64,000 bases of DNA from the human T2T-CHM13v2.0 reference genome, Homo sapiens. Below the pieces are notes generated by a model. The model did not search any database and was not told where the DNA came from. It saw only the letters and a list, made by a program, of their open reading frames with translations. Each line of letters begins with the position of its first letter. Position 1 is the stretch's first letter. Shown piece by piece: positions 1 to 14,280 of the stretch. The translations under genes and the position numbers were made by a program. Location: NCBI RefSeq assembly GCF_009914755.1, contig NC_060925.1; one strand, given 5' to 3'.

Positions 1-238
1 ATAATTTCCTTTTTTTGATTCAACATGAATACTATAGTGACAGTCCCCAAAACGGTGAACTAGGCCCTTATGACAAGGCTAAATCAGTAAGAGAAATACC
101 CACAATGCATTGTGAATAAGGACACTAAAAATAATAATGTTTACAAGAGGGGAAATCAGGTGATAAAAATCTACAGAATGAGATTATTATAGTCCAAAGT
201 ACTAAACATCTAATCATGCTTGCATTTCATCCCTTGGG

Positions 239-269
<31 letters not shown>

Positions 270-286
270 CGAGAGAGAGAGAGAGA
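239..286. repeat. Compound (GT)n(GA)n microsatellite
   Basis: gtgtgt... followed directly by gagaga... with one GC interruption; explains the CVCVCERERER ORF at 216-416. Confidence 0.95.
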
Positions 287-1186
287 TGATACACTTTTAC
301 TCTCTATAATTTCTGTCCATACATCTTCCTTGCTCCCTAATATGGAATTCCTATATATCCTTCCAAACTTGACTGAACTATCAGTTTTTCTATTAAGCCT
401 GTCAAGATCTACCTGATCCCCATATCTGACTGACCACCTCCAGGATTCATCATTATCTCTCTCGTCTTCATCTAGAACTTTTATACATAATCTAGCTGGA
501 TCTATGAACAGGCTGACTTTCAGTATTGACAAATTGCATATCTGCTTGTCCTCCTTAAAACATAATGGATATATTACTTCAGTGCAGATGTATAATTTAT
601 CTTTGAATTCTTAGCACTTCACAGATACATTCAATAACTCATTTTTCAGTCGTATTTCATTTTATATTTGCTGATTTTCATTTGTCACTTATAATTAATC
701 TGACGTTTTCTGAATTTCTACTAGGAAGCAAGCTGAGTGCTACGTATTTATTGTTAAAATCAAGTTAGTTTCTGGCACACAGTGGTGAGAACAGTGATAC
801 AGAAAACTGAAATAATTTAAAGTACAGTGTGAGTGGCAATATAGATGTAAGAGTGTCCAAGGTAAAGTAAGGAAAGACACATAATTTAAGCTGATTTATT
901 TTTGTCAAGAGCCCCCATATACTTTTTGGCTTCTGTATTTTGATATTTGGTATAAGAATACTCATTGTCATGGAGTAAGGGCCAGATTGTTAACAATCAA
1001 GGAATTCTCTGGTTTCTTTATGTGAGCATTGTAGAATTTTTACAAAAACTAAAAAATGCACATACTAGAAAGTAAATTATGGAATTTTTGTTCAGCAATT
1101 TATTTCCTAACTCTCTGCTACCCTTGTAAAATACCTGCATATTGCCCTTGTGAGCTCTACTGATCACTTTAAGAAGTGCTTAATTC

Positions 1187-3159
1187 GGGATTCAGGATAA
1201 AGATGGCTGAATAGGAACAGCTCGAGTCTGCAGCTCCCAGTGAGATCGACACAGAAGGCGAGTGATTTCTGCATTTCCAACTGAGGTACCCGGTTCATCT
1301 CATTGGTTGGACAGTGGGTGCAACCCATGGAAGAAGAACAGGAGCAGGGTGGGGCGTTACTTCACTGGGGAAGTGCAAGGGGTCGGGGAATTTTCTCCCC
1401 TACCCAAGGGAAACTGTGAGGGACTGAGCCTGAGGAACCGGGCACTCCGGCCCAGATACTGCTCTTGTCCCATGGTCTTTGCAACTCACAGACCAGGAGA
1501 GTGCCTCTGGTGCCTACCCAACCAGGGCCCTGGGTTTCAAGCACAAAACTGGGTGGCCATTTGGGTAGACACTGAACTAGCTGCAGTAGTTTTTGTTGTT
1601 GTTGTTTTCTATACCCCAGTGGTGCCTGGAACGCCAAAGAGACAGAACCATTCGCTCCCCTAAAAAAGGGTGCTGAAGCCAGGGAGACAAGTGGTCTGGC
1701 TCAGCAGGTCTCCCCCAACAGAGCCCAGCAAGCTAAGATCCACTGGCTTGAAATTCTTGCTGCCAGCACAGCAGCAGTGTGAGATCAACCTGGGACACTT
1801 GAGCTTGGTGGGGGGAGGGGCGTCCACCATTGCTGAGGCTTTAGTAGGTGGTTTTACACTCACAGTGTAAACAAAGCCACCAGGAAGTTCAAACTGGGTG
1901 GAGCCCTCTGCAGCTCAGCAAGGCTACTGTGGCCAGACTGCCAGATCTCTTCTCTCTAGGGAGGGCATCTCTGAAAAAAAGGCAGCAGCCCCAGTAACCA
2001 ACTTACAGATAAAACCCCCATCTACCTGGGACAGAGCACCTGGGGGAAGGGGTGGCTGTGGGCGCAGCTTCAGCAGGCTTAAACGTCCCTGCTCTGAAGA
2101 GAGCAGTGGACCTCCCAGCACAGCGTTTAAGCTCTGCTAAGGGTCAGACTGCCTACTCAAGTGGGTCCTTGACCCCCATGTATCCTGACTGGGCGACACC
2201 TCCCAGTAGGGGCCAACAGACACTTCATACAGGAGAGCTCTGGCTGGCATCTGGCAGGGGCCCCTCTGGGATGAAGCTTCTAGAGGAAAAAACAGGCAGA
2301 AATCTTAGCTGTTCTGCAGTCTCTGCTGGTGATACCGAGGCAAGCAGGGTAGGGAGAGGACCTCCAGCAAACACCAGCTGACCTGCAGCAGAGGGGCCTG
2401 ACTGTTAGAAAGGAAACTAACAAACAGAAAGTAATAGCATGTCCACTCAAATACCCCATCCAAAGGTCACCAAATCAAAGACCAAAGTAGACAAATCCAC
2501 AGAGCTGGGGAGAAATCAGCACAAAAAGGCTGAAAATTCCAAAAACTAGAATGCCTCCTCTCCTCCAAAGGATCACAACTCCTTGTCAGCAAGGGAACAA
2601 AACTGGACAGAGAATGAGTTTGACGAATTGACAGAAGTAGGCTTCAGAGGTGGGTAATAACAAACTCCTCCAAGCTAAAGAAGCATGTTCTAACCCAATG
2701 AAAGGAAGCTAAGAACCTTGAAAAAAGGTTAGATGAATTGCTAACAAGAATAACCAGTTTAGAGAAGAAAAATGACCTGATAGAGCTGAAAAACACAACA
2801 TGAGAACTTCGTGAAGCATACACAATTATCAATAGCCAAATCGATCAAGCAGGAGAAATGATATCAGTGACTGAAGATCAACTTAATGAAATAAAGCGAG
2901 AAGACAAGATTAGAGAAAAATAATAAAAAGGAACAAACAAAGCCTCCAAGAAATATGGGACTATGTGAAAAGACCAAATCTACGTTTGATTGGTGTACCT
3001 AAAAGTAATGGGGAGAAGGGAACCAAGTTGGAAAATACTCTTCAAGATATTATCCAGGAAAACTTCCCCAATCTAGCAAGACAGGCCAACATTCAAATTC
3101 AGGAAGTACGGAGAACACCCCAAAGATACTCTTCAAGAAGAGCAACTCCAAGACACATA
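1187..3159 (+). mobile_element. LINE-1 (L1PA7/8-like) 5' portion: 5'UTR plus truncated ORF1; 3' part absent
   Basis: Begins aagatggctgaataggaacagctc...gtgatttctgcatttccaactgaggtacc (L1PA 5'UTR start). ORF1 peptide KRPNLRLIGVP...LENTLQDIIQENFPNLARQANIQIQE...RYSSRRATPRHI at 2965-3159; similarity stops abruptly near 3159. Confidence 0.93.
2505..3159 (+). pseudogene. Degenerate L1 ORF1p remnant
   Basis: The ORF1 start position reads CTGGGGAGAAATCAG (ATG changed to CTG). The frame is broken by stops/frameshifts and truncated at the 3' end. Confidence 0.8.
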
Positions 3160-3704
3160 CTTGCAAGTAAATTTCTCCAGTAAAAAAGACCTCCCTATAA
3201 AAGTAGTTTAAGTTGCTCAGGTTTTAAATAAAAAAGATCTATGCATTGAAGTTGATTCCAAACAGTCTGGCTTACAGCTATTTTTGCTTGCATTTAGTTG
3301 TGAAATGGTGAATTACATAAGGCCAGAAGTGAAATGCAGATGTTTCTTTGCCAGCTTGAACCATAAAATAAAAAATTTAAAAGGAGTTTAGTGACCTGGT
3401 GAGAAATAGAAGGACTTTGTGCATTAAAAATTGTGTTTAGATTAATTCAATGATAAATATTCAATGGAAGTTTATCAACTATAAAACTAGTTCCTCAAAA
3501 TGAGTTTTCACTCTGATAATTAGTACATACCATGTGGTTACTGCTATTAGAAAGACAACACAAAAATAATGTTCAGGTCACCAGTGGCTGGTCTGATAAA
3601 GGCCATATGGAAGATTCATTCGCTGCCTGAAAAGCACTCTTCTCTTATTTCTCAACTGTATTGAAAATCCACTTTGCCTGGTCATTGACTGATGTTTTAG
3701 ATGA

Positions 3705-3870
3705 GTAATTCTCAACTTTGGCTACACATTGGAATTGCCTAGATGATTTTTAAAATGTTAGGTCTCACTTCTGCAGATTCTTATTTAATCAATCTGGGAT
3801 AAGACCTGAGGATGAGAATGTTTTAATATTGCTCATGTGATATTTATATCCCATAATCAATAAACTAGAT
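3705..3870. mobile_element. MER5-type hAT-Charlie DNA transposon fragment
   Basis: ttctcaactttggctacacattggaatt...cagattcttatttaatcaatctgggat resembles MER5A/B. Confidence 0.6.
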
Positions 3871-4134
3871 GTTAGCATCCTGGGGCTACCCTTTCAACAC
3901 AACCCTAGAAACATTGAGTGTTCACATTTTATCTGCCTGTCTTAGCAACTTTATTTAATTTTGAGCACTTAGGGAATTTTTCCCCCTAATATTAATTTTT
4001 TTTCTGGGAAAAAAATATAGATCACTCTACAATTAAGAGAATAAGCATATTCATAGGCCTAGGAAGTACTAACTCTATTTTCTATATGTCTGAGATGGAA
4101 TACAGCATTGTGAAATATTCCTTGGATACAGAAT

Positions 4135-4335
4135 AGCATTGTTTCTCAAAGTGTGATCCAAGTACTGCCTGCATTAATCATTGCTTATGAATAAATAAAG
4201 GAACAAATAAATAAATCAAATTCCTCAACATTTCTCCAGAATTACGGAAATGGGAATTTCGAATGTGGAACCTAGAAATATGTATTTTTAAGAAGCTCTC
4301 CAGGTGATTCTAGTGTATGTACTAAAGTTTAAATA
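4135..4335. mobile_element. MER5-type DNA transposon fragment
   Basis: gtttctcaaagtgtgatcca...aagctctccaggtgattctagtgtatgtactaaagttt. Confidence 0.65.
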
Positions 4336-4934
4336 GATGGGTATAAGGACTCCACCTTAGCTAAGCATTCAAATTGTTCTCTTCCAAATTGAATTTTTAA
4401 TATTTTGTTATATGAATAAAAGAAAAGCATGCATATGAATCTGAGAAGGAAGAAAATACTGGAGAAAATGGCTAAATTAGTTTAGTATTATACATTGGTT
4501 TCCTCTGAGAACATCCAGTGTAAAACACCTGGAGAAAATAAAGTCAGGGCCTTCTTTATCTCCATTAATATGGATTTTTTGGGACAATTTAAAAATGTAC
4601 CCAGAGATTGTTGTTGGAACTCTTGACATTTTTATGAGGTAAGTTTGTTCCTAAAAATTTCTGTGTGCAGATACTTTTTATATATGAAATCATTTTCTTT
4701 TATCCAATGACTTATAAACTGACTTCAAAAAATCAGAAAGTTAAAAAATATTTAAAAGTGGAGGTAACTTCAGAGACAGTGTAGCTCAAGTGAGAGAGGA
4801 AAATGACACATACAAAATAAACTCCAAATTAGATCCTTTCAATTTTTTTTTCTATATTGGTAATTTATTCTTCTCCTCTCCTACCCCTTAAAAATCAACC
4901 TCCAAATTATTTTTAATATAATTTTTAAATAGTT

Positions 4935-5185
4935 TGTTTCAGACAATTCTGGTCAAAGTCACCATTTCTCTCACTCAGACTACTTAAGGTCTTCAATTTG
5001 CCATAGACTCTCCCCCTGATTCATTCTGCAGATGGTAGACCAGTTATATTTTCTAAAATACAAATGCCATTACTTATTCTTTGGCTCAAATTATTTCAAT
5101 GGTTTTCTGTGATCCTAAAGGTAAACCTCAAATCCTTCATGTACATATTACAAGCACTCTATAATATGACTCCTGCCCTCATGTT
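4935..5185 (+). mobile_element. L2 fragment
   Basis: caccatttctctcactcagactac...ttttctaaaatacaaatgcc...ttcaatggtttt...aaatcctt resembles the L2 3' region. Confidence 0.55.
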
Positions 5186-5949
5186 CATTGTTAAAGATGT
5201 GGTTTTCAGTGTGGACCTATAGAAAAATATTAAAATTTGTGTAGGGTAATATTCTTTATCACAAAAGCTGTGGAAAAGGGGGCACTATTACCATTTTTGG
5301 ATAATAACTGGAATGCTTGGCATCCTTCATGACATAGAAAGTGTCACATAATGAAAAGTTCCTTATAGTCCTTATATTTCTCACTAGATATCTTGTAGAT
5401 TAAAAAAAAACCTGTTTAAATTATATAAGCTTAGGATATAAATCAGTTTTGCACATGAAAATGAATTATTCTTGGCATGCTATTAAGATTTGACAATTTT
5501 TCCAGATAGGGAACTATGGTATAAATCGGTAGAACCATGCTCTTTCGTAAGGTAAAGATAAACAAGTGTACTAGGCATTGTTTACCATTTTGGAAAGTGA
5601 CAGCTATTGTAAGAAACCATAGAAACTCATGAAGTTAATTGTCATTCAGCTTAGGGCACTAATCTCATCTGAGATCTGGCATACTGGGTAGGAAGATTGA
5701 TTTTTATGATTAACTCCAACACCTGGGCACAGTTTGGGGAAAAATTTAGGCTGAAATTCAGGGAGCATGTATGCACTTACCAATAATTTAGTCCAAGTAA
5801 AATATATACTAGATGTATGACAATGTCCAGATGCCCAAGATATTGACCGGTAATCCACTTACTACCCTGGAATTAAAATTCTCTGTGATAAAAACTCAAC
5901 TCTAGGGTTCAGAAGCATCAGGTAATATTAACATTATACAAAATTACCA

Positions 5950-6393
<444 letters not shown>

Positions 6394-7539
6394 TTAAAAA
6401 AAATAACAATAACAACAAAAACACAACCTGGAAAGTAAGTATTGAGTAAAGTTTAGATTCCTTTTTGTAATTTGGAATCATGAAAACATATTCCCAGCCA
6501 GGAAAGTGGAAACAACTAAAGAAATATTTTAAATATAATCATTTATTTCAAGGCTTAATCATTTAAAACTTCACAATTAATTGAAAATGGAGGTCAGAGT
6601 AGAGGGAAGATATATCTTTACCTGTAGAATGCTAATATATTTTATTGAATACGTGAAGAATTGCACATATTTTGAGTTGCATTTAAAGAGGAGGATAATG
6701 TAGTGTTCCTTTACTTAAATATGCTGCAAATGCAGCACATTTACCTTAAAATGTATTTATATTAATTTACTGAGAGTAAACATGTTCATCTCTTTTGGGT
6801 GTGGTTGGGGTTATGGGATAGGGAGTTAAATATTGCCAAGAAGTTCGGTAAAGGTAGAACAGGTCCTGGTTATAGCGTTCCTGAGCCATGTTTGCCTGTT
6901 TTTCTGAGTAGGGGAACTTCATACAAGAGTATGTCTGTCTCTTTCATAGTGCTTCTCAGAGCCATTTAGGACTCTGTATTGCAGATGCAAATCTATTTTT
7001 CTAGACCTCTGAGAGCAGCTTCTACAGTTTAAATTTCCTTAATGATCCTCTAAAATATGGAGCTTGTTGGAAATAACGTTTATTGATAAGTTCTACTTCC
7101 TCTTAATTTCTACGCTGAGAGTAAGCTCTGCATTGCGTTTACAGCATAAAAGTTGTACTAAAATTTTAATTAAATAAAAGTTAACGGTTATGCTTTACTT
7201 GTATTTTTTAGTTGGTTGTAAATCATTGATGGTAATATTCTAAGTTCCTATCAAGTTTACAGATTTAGGCAACATTATGAGTTCAAATTATAATAGTGGA
7301 TTCCTATCATCTCTTTATGTCAGTCCTAGTGAAACAAATTATACTAATTATATTTCTCAATGAAAGTTTTATGTGGGATTTTATTCTTTCTTGAGTTATA
7401 TAATTAAGATGTGTTTTTTCCCTTTCCAAGTCATAATATCACTTTATTTTGTCCACGAGTTGGTCTGCCAGCCTTATACTCTTTATGCTTTCCTCTTCCC
7501 TCTCAGCTTCCACTATGTCCTCTTTATGCTGTGTAATAA

Positions 7540-7775
7540 AACATAGTGAAAAATAACACAGGTTTTTCCCAATCCCAAATAACACATAGATTGATTACTA
7601 GCTATATGGTCTTTATAAAATATTTTAGTACCTAAGTGTTCTCATCCATAAAATGAGAGTGAAAACATGATTGATTTTGTCCGTATATTATAATGATTCA
7701 AAGAGGTAATGCATTTACGAAGCTTAACATGTTACCTAATAAGTAAGACAGACACAAGAGATATTGTTATTGTTT
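7540..7775 (+). mobile_element. MIR
   Basis: tactagctatatgg...ttctcatccataaaatgag...gaggtaatgcatttacgaagcttaac matches the MIR core and 3' end. Confidence 0.55.
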
Positions 7776-8861
7776 TTGTTATTATTGTTAATGATGATGT
7801 TATGTATTTCACATAATTTCAATAAATTAATTTAGTCTTAAATTTTTCAACTGAAAATTTTTTCACAAATCATAATTACATGCATTTACATATACTCTAA
7901 TATTCAAATAAACACAACTTTTAGCCTGTGCCTTCTTCTTAATATTTTTTTCTGGTATCATGACCAAGTATCTTGTATTAAATAGACATGTTTTGCTATG
8001 TTTGTTTTTATGTAAAACACACAGACAAGTGGCCAGCTAGCCTTTACAAGGGCTTACAGAATTACAACAGTGAGAATATTTACTCACCAGTGCATCTAAT
8101 GATTTACACCTGTAATATTGTTGCATGTTAAAATATCAGGCTGTGGCTGTACGACAAGAATAGATCATTTATGTCAGAAATTCTTACCTTTTAGATTTTA
8201 AGAAGTCATTTCAAAGGAAAAATAAGCATGATGAATCCCTACCTGAAAATAATTTTACTTTTAGCACTTCTTAATATAAAAATCATTTCAAAAGGTACTA
8301 TAAATTTATTAATTATTTTAATATAATTCATTATTTATCTCATGACACAGCAGTGTTTAAACAGTTGTGGTAAGTATATGTTTGGCTATACATGTATTCA
8401 GGCTTAAGGAATATTTCACGAGCCAAATCTTGCAATGGTTATAGACTCCCAATAGTTATAGACTACTGACTTTGTGACCAGGAATATTCTGTCTAAACTA
8501 TCAGTAGATGCCCTTTACTAACTTACAGTATCATAGTCTTTTTCAAAAACTTAACTCCCCTCTAACCATGGGTTATTCAAGCAGAAACAAACAAATAAAA
8601 ATAAATAAATTTAAAAATTAAGTAATAAGGAACATAAAATTTTGCCTCATTTTCAAGTAACTGCTTTAGGAAACAGAAAAAAACTTTTATCATTTTGTAT
8701 TTTTAAAAAATTCTGTCCCAACAGAATGCTTAAACTTTTAATCTTTAAACCAAATAGGAGTCAGTAAGAAGAGTCAATGATTTGCATTAAAAGACATGAA
8801 TAAATATAAATATGTGCTCTATTTATGCAAAAGGAAGAGGGAAAGCCTTTTTAGTAGCCCA

Positions 8862-9023
8862 TATTTATTTATGTAATTACTTAAGACAGGGTCTTGCTCT
8901 GTCATTCAGGTTGGAGTGCAGTGACACAATCATGGCTCACTGCAACCTCAAACTCTGGGGCTCAAGCAGTCCTCCTGGGTCACCTCCCAAGTAGCTGGAA
9001 CTAAAGGCACATGCCACCATGAC
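8862..9023 (-). mobile_element. AluJ right arm / FRAM-like monomer
   Basis: agacagggtcttgctctgtc...cacaatcatggctcactgcaacctcaaactctggggctcaagcagtcctcc (AluJ-type); monomer only. Confidence 0.85.
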
Positions 9024-9406
9024 AATAAACAAAATAATTCTATAAATACTCTTAGGCCAAGTGTAAGACTCTCTCATCATAATGAAATTATTTATATTTG
9101 AATATGACTCATAAATGTTTCACATAGCACACTTCTGACTGAGGCTATTTATCCAGTTACACAAGTAAGAGTTAAATCATTGTCTTTCTAATAGATATTT
9201 GATACACAACAAATTTTTCATGTTATCTTTTAAACTATACATAGACTATATTCAGTCCACTTTTAACTCTACATAGAACAATTGCTGGGCATAAATTAAA
9301 CCTCCATAGATTTCAAAATATCAAAATCCTAGAGATTGAGCACAGAAATAAATCATAGTTTGATGGCATAAATAAATAAATCAAAATTTAATAACATAAC
9401 AAATAC

Positions 9407-9666
9407 AGTCATTCATATTTGTTCATTAAGTGTCATCCAGGTATTGATATGCATCCTCAGATAGCAAACTAGGTGGATGCTCAATTCCCTGATATAAAAT
9501 GCTGTAGTATTTCCATAAACCTATGCACATTCTCCCATTTAGTTTAAATTATTTCTAGATTACTTATAACAGCAAATACAACATAAATGCTATGTAAAGA
9601 GTTGTTACACTATATTATTTCTATTTCTATTTTTATTGTTGCATTGGCATTGGTTATTATTTATTT
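9407..9666 (+). mobile_element. MER2 (Tigger-family) left part, split by an L1
   Basis: ggatgctcaattccctgatataaaatgctgtagtattt...tctagattacttataacagcaaatacaacataaatgctatgtaaa matches MER2. Confidence 0.8.
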
Positions 9667-12600
9667 TAAATTTTTAAATATTTAATTTTTGTGGGCACAC
9701 CTAGCTATATGTATTTATAGGGTACATGAGATATTCTGGCACAGGCATGCAATGCATAAGAATCACATCACGGACAATGGGGTATCTATCTCCTAAAGCA
9801 TTTATCCCTTGTGTTACAAACAATCCAATTATACTCTTTTTGTTATTTTAAAATGTCCAATTGAATTATTATTGACTATACCCATCTTGTTGTGCTATCA
9901 AATACTTGGTCTTATTCATCATTTCTAACTATATTTTCCGTACCCATTAACCATCTCCAACTTCCTTCCCACCCGCTAACTACCCTTCTCAGCCTCTGGT
10001 AACCATCCTTCTACTCTATGTCAAGAGTTCAATTGTTTTGATTTTTAGATCCCACAAATAAGTGAGAACATGCAATGTTTGTCTTTCTGTGCCTTGCTTA
10101 TTTTACTTAACATAATGACCTCCAGTTCCATCCATGTTGTTACAAATGACAGCATCTCATTATTTTTTATGGCTGAGTAGTACTACTTTGTGTGTATGTA
10201 CCACATTTTCTTAATCCATTCATCTGTGGATGGATACATAGACTGCTTCCAAATCTTGGCTATTTTGAACAATGCTGCAAAAACATATGCATGCAGATAT
10301 CTCTTAGATACTGATTTCCTTTTTTAGGGATATATACCCTGCAGTGGGATTGCTGGACCATATGGTAGCTCTATTTTTAGTTTTTTGAGGAACCTCCAAT
10401 CTTTTCTCAATAGTGGTTGTACCAGTTTACATTCCCACCAACAGTGTATGAGAGTTTCCTTTTCTCCACATCCTTACCAGCCTTTGTTACTGCCTACTGT
10501 TGGATAAAAGCTATTTTAGCTGGAGTGAGATGATATCTCACTGTAGTTTTGACTTACATCTCTCTTGGATGATCAATGATGTTGTGGACCTTTTCATACG
10601 TATGTTTGCCATTTGTATGTCTTCTTTTGAGAAATGTCTATTTAAATATTTTGCCCATTTTTTTAAATAAGATTATTAGATTTTTTTCTAAAAATATGTT
10701 TGAGCTACTTATATATTCTGGCTTTTAATCCCTTGTCAGATGGGCAGTTTGCAACTATTTTCTCCCATTCTATAGGCTATATCTTCACTTTGTTGATTGT
10801 TTCCTTTGCTGTGCAGCTTTTTACTTAATGTGATCCCATTTGCCCATTTTTGCTTTGGTTGCCTAGGATTGTCGGGCACTCAAAAAATTTTTGCTCAGAC
10901 CAATGTCCTGGAGAGTTTCTCCAATGTTTTCTCATAATAGTTTCATAGTTTGAGGACATAGATTTAAGTCTTTAATCCATTATTATTTTATTTTTGTGTA
11001 TGCTGAGAGATAGGGATGTGGTTTAATTCTTCAGCATATAGATATCCAGTTTTCCCAGCACCATTTATTGAGGTGACTATCTTTTCTCCAGTGCATGTTC
11101 TTGGCAACTTTGTCAAAAATGAGTTCAGTCACTTTTCGTTGGATTTGTTTCAGAGTTTCTTAATCTGTTCCATTGGCCTATGTGTCTGTTTTTATGCCAG
11201 TACTATGCTGTTTTGGCTACAGTAGCTCTGTACTATAATTTGAAGTCAGGTAATGTGATTCCCCCAGGTTTGTGCTTTTTGATCATGATAGTTTTGACTA
11301 TTCTGAGTCTTTTGAAATTTCATATAAATTTCAAATTTTTTCTATTTCTATGAAGAATGTCATTGGTATTTTCATAGGGATTGCATTTAATCTGGAGATT
11401 GCTTTGGGTTGTATGGATATTTTAACAATATTGATTCTTCTAATCCATTAATGTGGAAGACCTTTCCATTTCTTGTGTGTATGCTCTTCAATTTCTTTCA
11501 TCAGTGTTTTATAGTTTTTATTGTAGAGATTTTTCACTTCTTTGATTAATTCCTAGGTATTTAATTTTATTTGTGGCTATTGTAAATGGGATCACTTTGA
11601 TTTCTTTTTTCAGACTGTTCACTGTCAGCATATGAAAATGCTACTGATTTTTGTGTGTTGATTTTGTATCCTGCAACTTTACTGAATTTGTTTATCAGTT
11701 CTAATGGTTTTATTTGTAGTGTCTTTAGATTTTTTCAAATATAAGGTTATATAATCTGAAAACAATGATCATTTTCTGCCTTTAGTTAGATGGCCTTTAT
11801 TTCTCTTGCCTGATTGCTCTAGCTAGGACTTCCAGTACTATGTTGAATAACAGTGTGAAAGTGAGCATTCTTGTCATATTCCAGACCTAACTGGAAAGGC
11901 TTTCAGGTTTTCCCCATTTAGTGTAATAGCTGTGTGTGTCCTATATGGGTTTTATCATGTTAAGGTATGTTTCTTCTGTACTTAGTTTTCTGAGGGTTTT
12001 TATCATGAAAATAATGTCAAATTTTATCAAATCATTTTTCGGCATCAATTGAAATAATCATATGACTTTTGTCCTTCATTCTGTTGATATGATGTATTAC
12101 ATTGATTTATTTTCATATGTTGAGCCATTCTTGCATCCCAGAGATAAATCCTGCTTGGTCATGATGAATGATCTTTTTAATGCACTGTTGAACTTGGTTT
12201 GCTAGTATTTTGTTGAAGATATTTGCATCAATATTCATCAGAGTTAACTGGCCTGTAGTTTCCTTATTTTGATGTTTCTTTGTATGATTTTAATATCAGG
12301 GTAATACTGGCCTCATAGAATGAATTTGGAAGCATTCCTTTCTCTTCTATTGTTTTTGAATAGTTTGAGTAGGATTGGTATTAGTTATTCCTAAGTGTTT
12401 GGTAGAATTCAGCAGTAAAGCCGTCAGGTCTTGGGCTTCTTTTTTTTAACTGGGAGACATTATTATGGCTTTGATCTTGTTACTTGTTATTGATCTGTAC
12501 AGGTTTTGGATTTCTTCCTAGTTCTGTTTTGGTAGGTTGTATGTGTCTTGGAATTTGTCCATTTCTTCTAGATTTTTCAATTTATTGGTTCATAGTACCA

Positions 12601-14280
12601 ACTAATGATCCTTTGAATGTCTGCAGTATCCATTGTAGTGTCTCTTTTTTATCTCTGATATCATTTATTTGAGTCTTGCCCAAGACCCTTCCCTTTAGGG
12701 TGGCAAGTTCTCCCAGGCCCTGGGCATGTTCACAGATGCTGTCTGGGAGCCAGGGATTAGAGTTAGCAGTTTACCTAATGTTCTATCTTAGCAGTTTACC
12801 TAATGCTTTATTCTACTGTGGCTAAGCTGGCACTCACACCTTAATACAAAATCCTTCCTGCTCTTCCCCCGACTCTTCCCACAGCAGAAAAGCCTCTCCC
12901 TGTGGCTACCACCACCACCAGAACACAGAGATTCTACCAAGGCACCAACAATGCTCACTTAAAGCCCAAGCATTCCTCAGTCAAATTGTGGTGAATACTG
13001 CCAGGCCTGAGACTCACCCTTTAGGACAGTGGGCTTCTTCTGTCCCAGAGCAAGTTCAAAGTGCTTTCCAAGAGTGCAGGCCTGGACTCAGGAACCCAAA
13101 GAGCTTGCTTGTTGCTCTAATCTTCTGTGGCCAAGTTGGTACCTGAGGTACAAGGAAAAGCTCCTTTGCTTTTCCCTGTGTTTTGCTCAAACAGAAGGAG
13201 TCTTTCACCATAGCCACCACAGCTTGTAATGTGCTGTATCTCCCCTATAGATGGAAAGTCTCAGGACCCAATGTCCATGGCATACTACCTGAGTATTGCT
13301 GCTGGTTATTCAGAGCCCAAGAGTTCTTTAGTTAGCAGGTGATGAATCCTGCCACAACTGGGTTCTTCCCTTCAAGGCAGAGGGTTCTATTTGGCCTAGA
13401 GTGTGTCTAGAAATGTCACAGAAGAGGTAGGGCCTGGAATGGGAGCCTCATAACTTTGCCCAATGTGCTGTCTTATTATGGGTGAGCTGGTATCCACAAT
13501 GCAAGACAAAGTCCCCTTACTCTCCACTATCCTCTCCTGAAGCAGAAGGAAAGAGTTACTTTTGTTGCTGTCAGTTTTACTACCTGGGATTGGGGAAGGG
13601 ATGGTACAAACACTCCCTTAGCTGGACTAGCTGGTGTCTCCCTAGGTAACATGTCACCATAGTCCACTGTCTCTAAACCCAGCCTAGCACTAAAAGTTGC
13701 CTAGGATTACAGACCATGTTTCCGAGACTGTCTTTCAAGTTTACCTAGGACCCCAGAACCCTTCAGCCTGCAGTGGTGAGGCTTGTCAAAAACTCAAGTT
13801 CCAAATGTTGGGATGGTTGATTTTCCTCTGGTTAGGGCTGGACCCAATGCTCCCTCCATGGGTGGGCACTGGCTATTCCCAGTATGGCAGTATGGCTTCA
13901 TTCTCCAATATGGCAGGGCAGTAATGAGTTCAATATAAAGTCCCCCAGTCATTGCACTCTCTCTTCCCAAAGTGCACAGATTCTATCTCCTTTCTGTGCT
14001 GCATGGTCACTGATGGGGGATGGGGTGAGGGATGGCATCTGCAATTCAGGACTCTCTCTTCTGTCCTCCTTGATGCCTCTTTCAGCAACATGCAGTTAAA
14101 ACCAAGTACTATCATTGCTCAGCTGTTTTTTCTGTTGTTTGTTTCTTGTGATGGTGTTTTTTTTTTTTATGTGTTTAGATAGTTATTAAAATTTGGTGTT
14201 CCAGATAGGGCAGGTAGTAGGTGGGAGTAGAGGATGGGGACAAATGGTGCAGGCTTCTATTCTTCTTGCTCTGTCCCTCA
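9667..14280 (-). mobile_element. LINE-1 (L1MA1-3-like) with 3'UTR, 3' part of ORF2 and 5'UTR, internally deleted
   Basis: 3' end ttttgtgggcacac...gggtacatgagatattctggcacaggcatgcaatgc is L1MA2-type. Antisense ORF2 runs to about 12675 and L1M 5'UTR-like sequence to 14280. TSD cattggt(t)attatttattt at 9648-9666 and 14281-14298. Confidence 0.88.

Noticed and set aside
1262-2381. Several 65-133 aa ORFs
   Set aside because: All lie within the GC-rich L1 5'UTR and none resembles a known protein.
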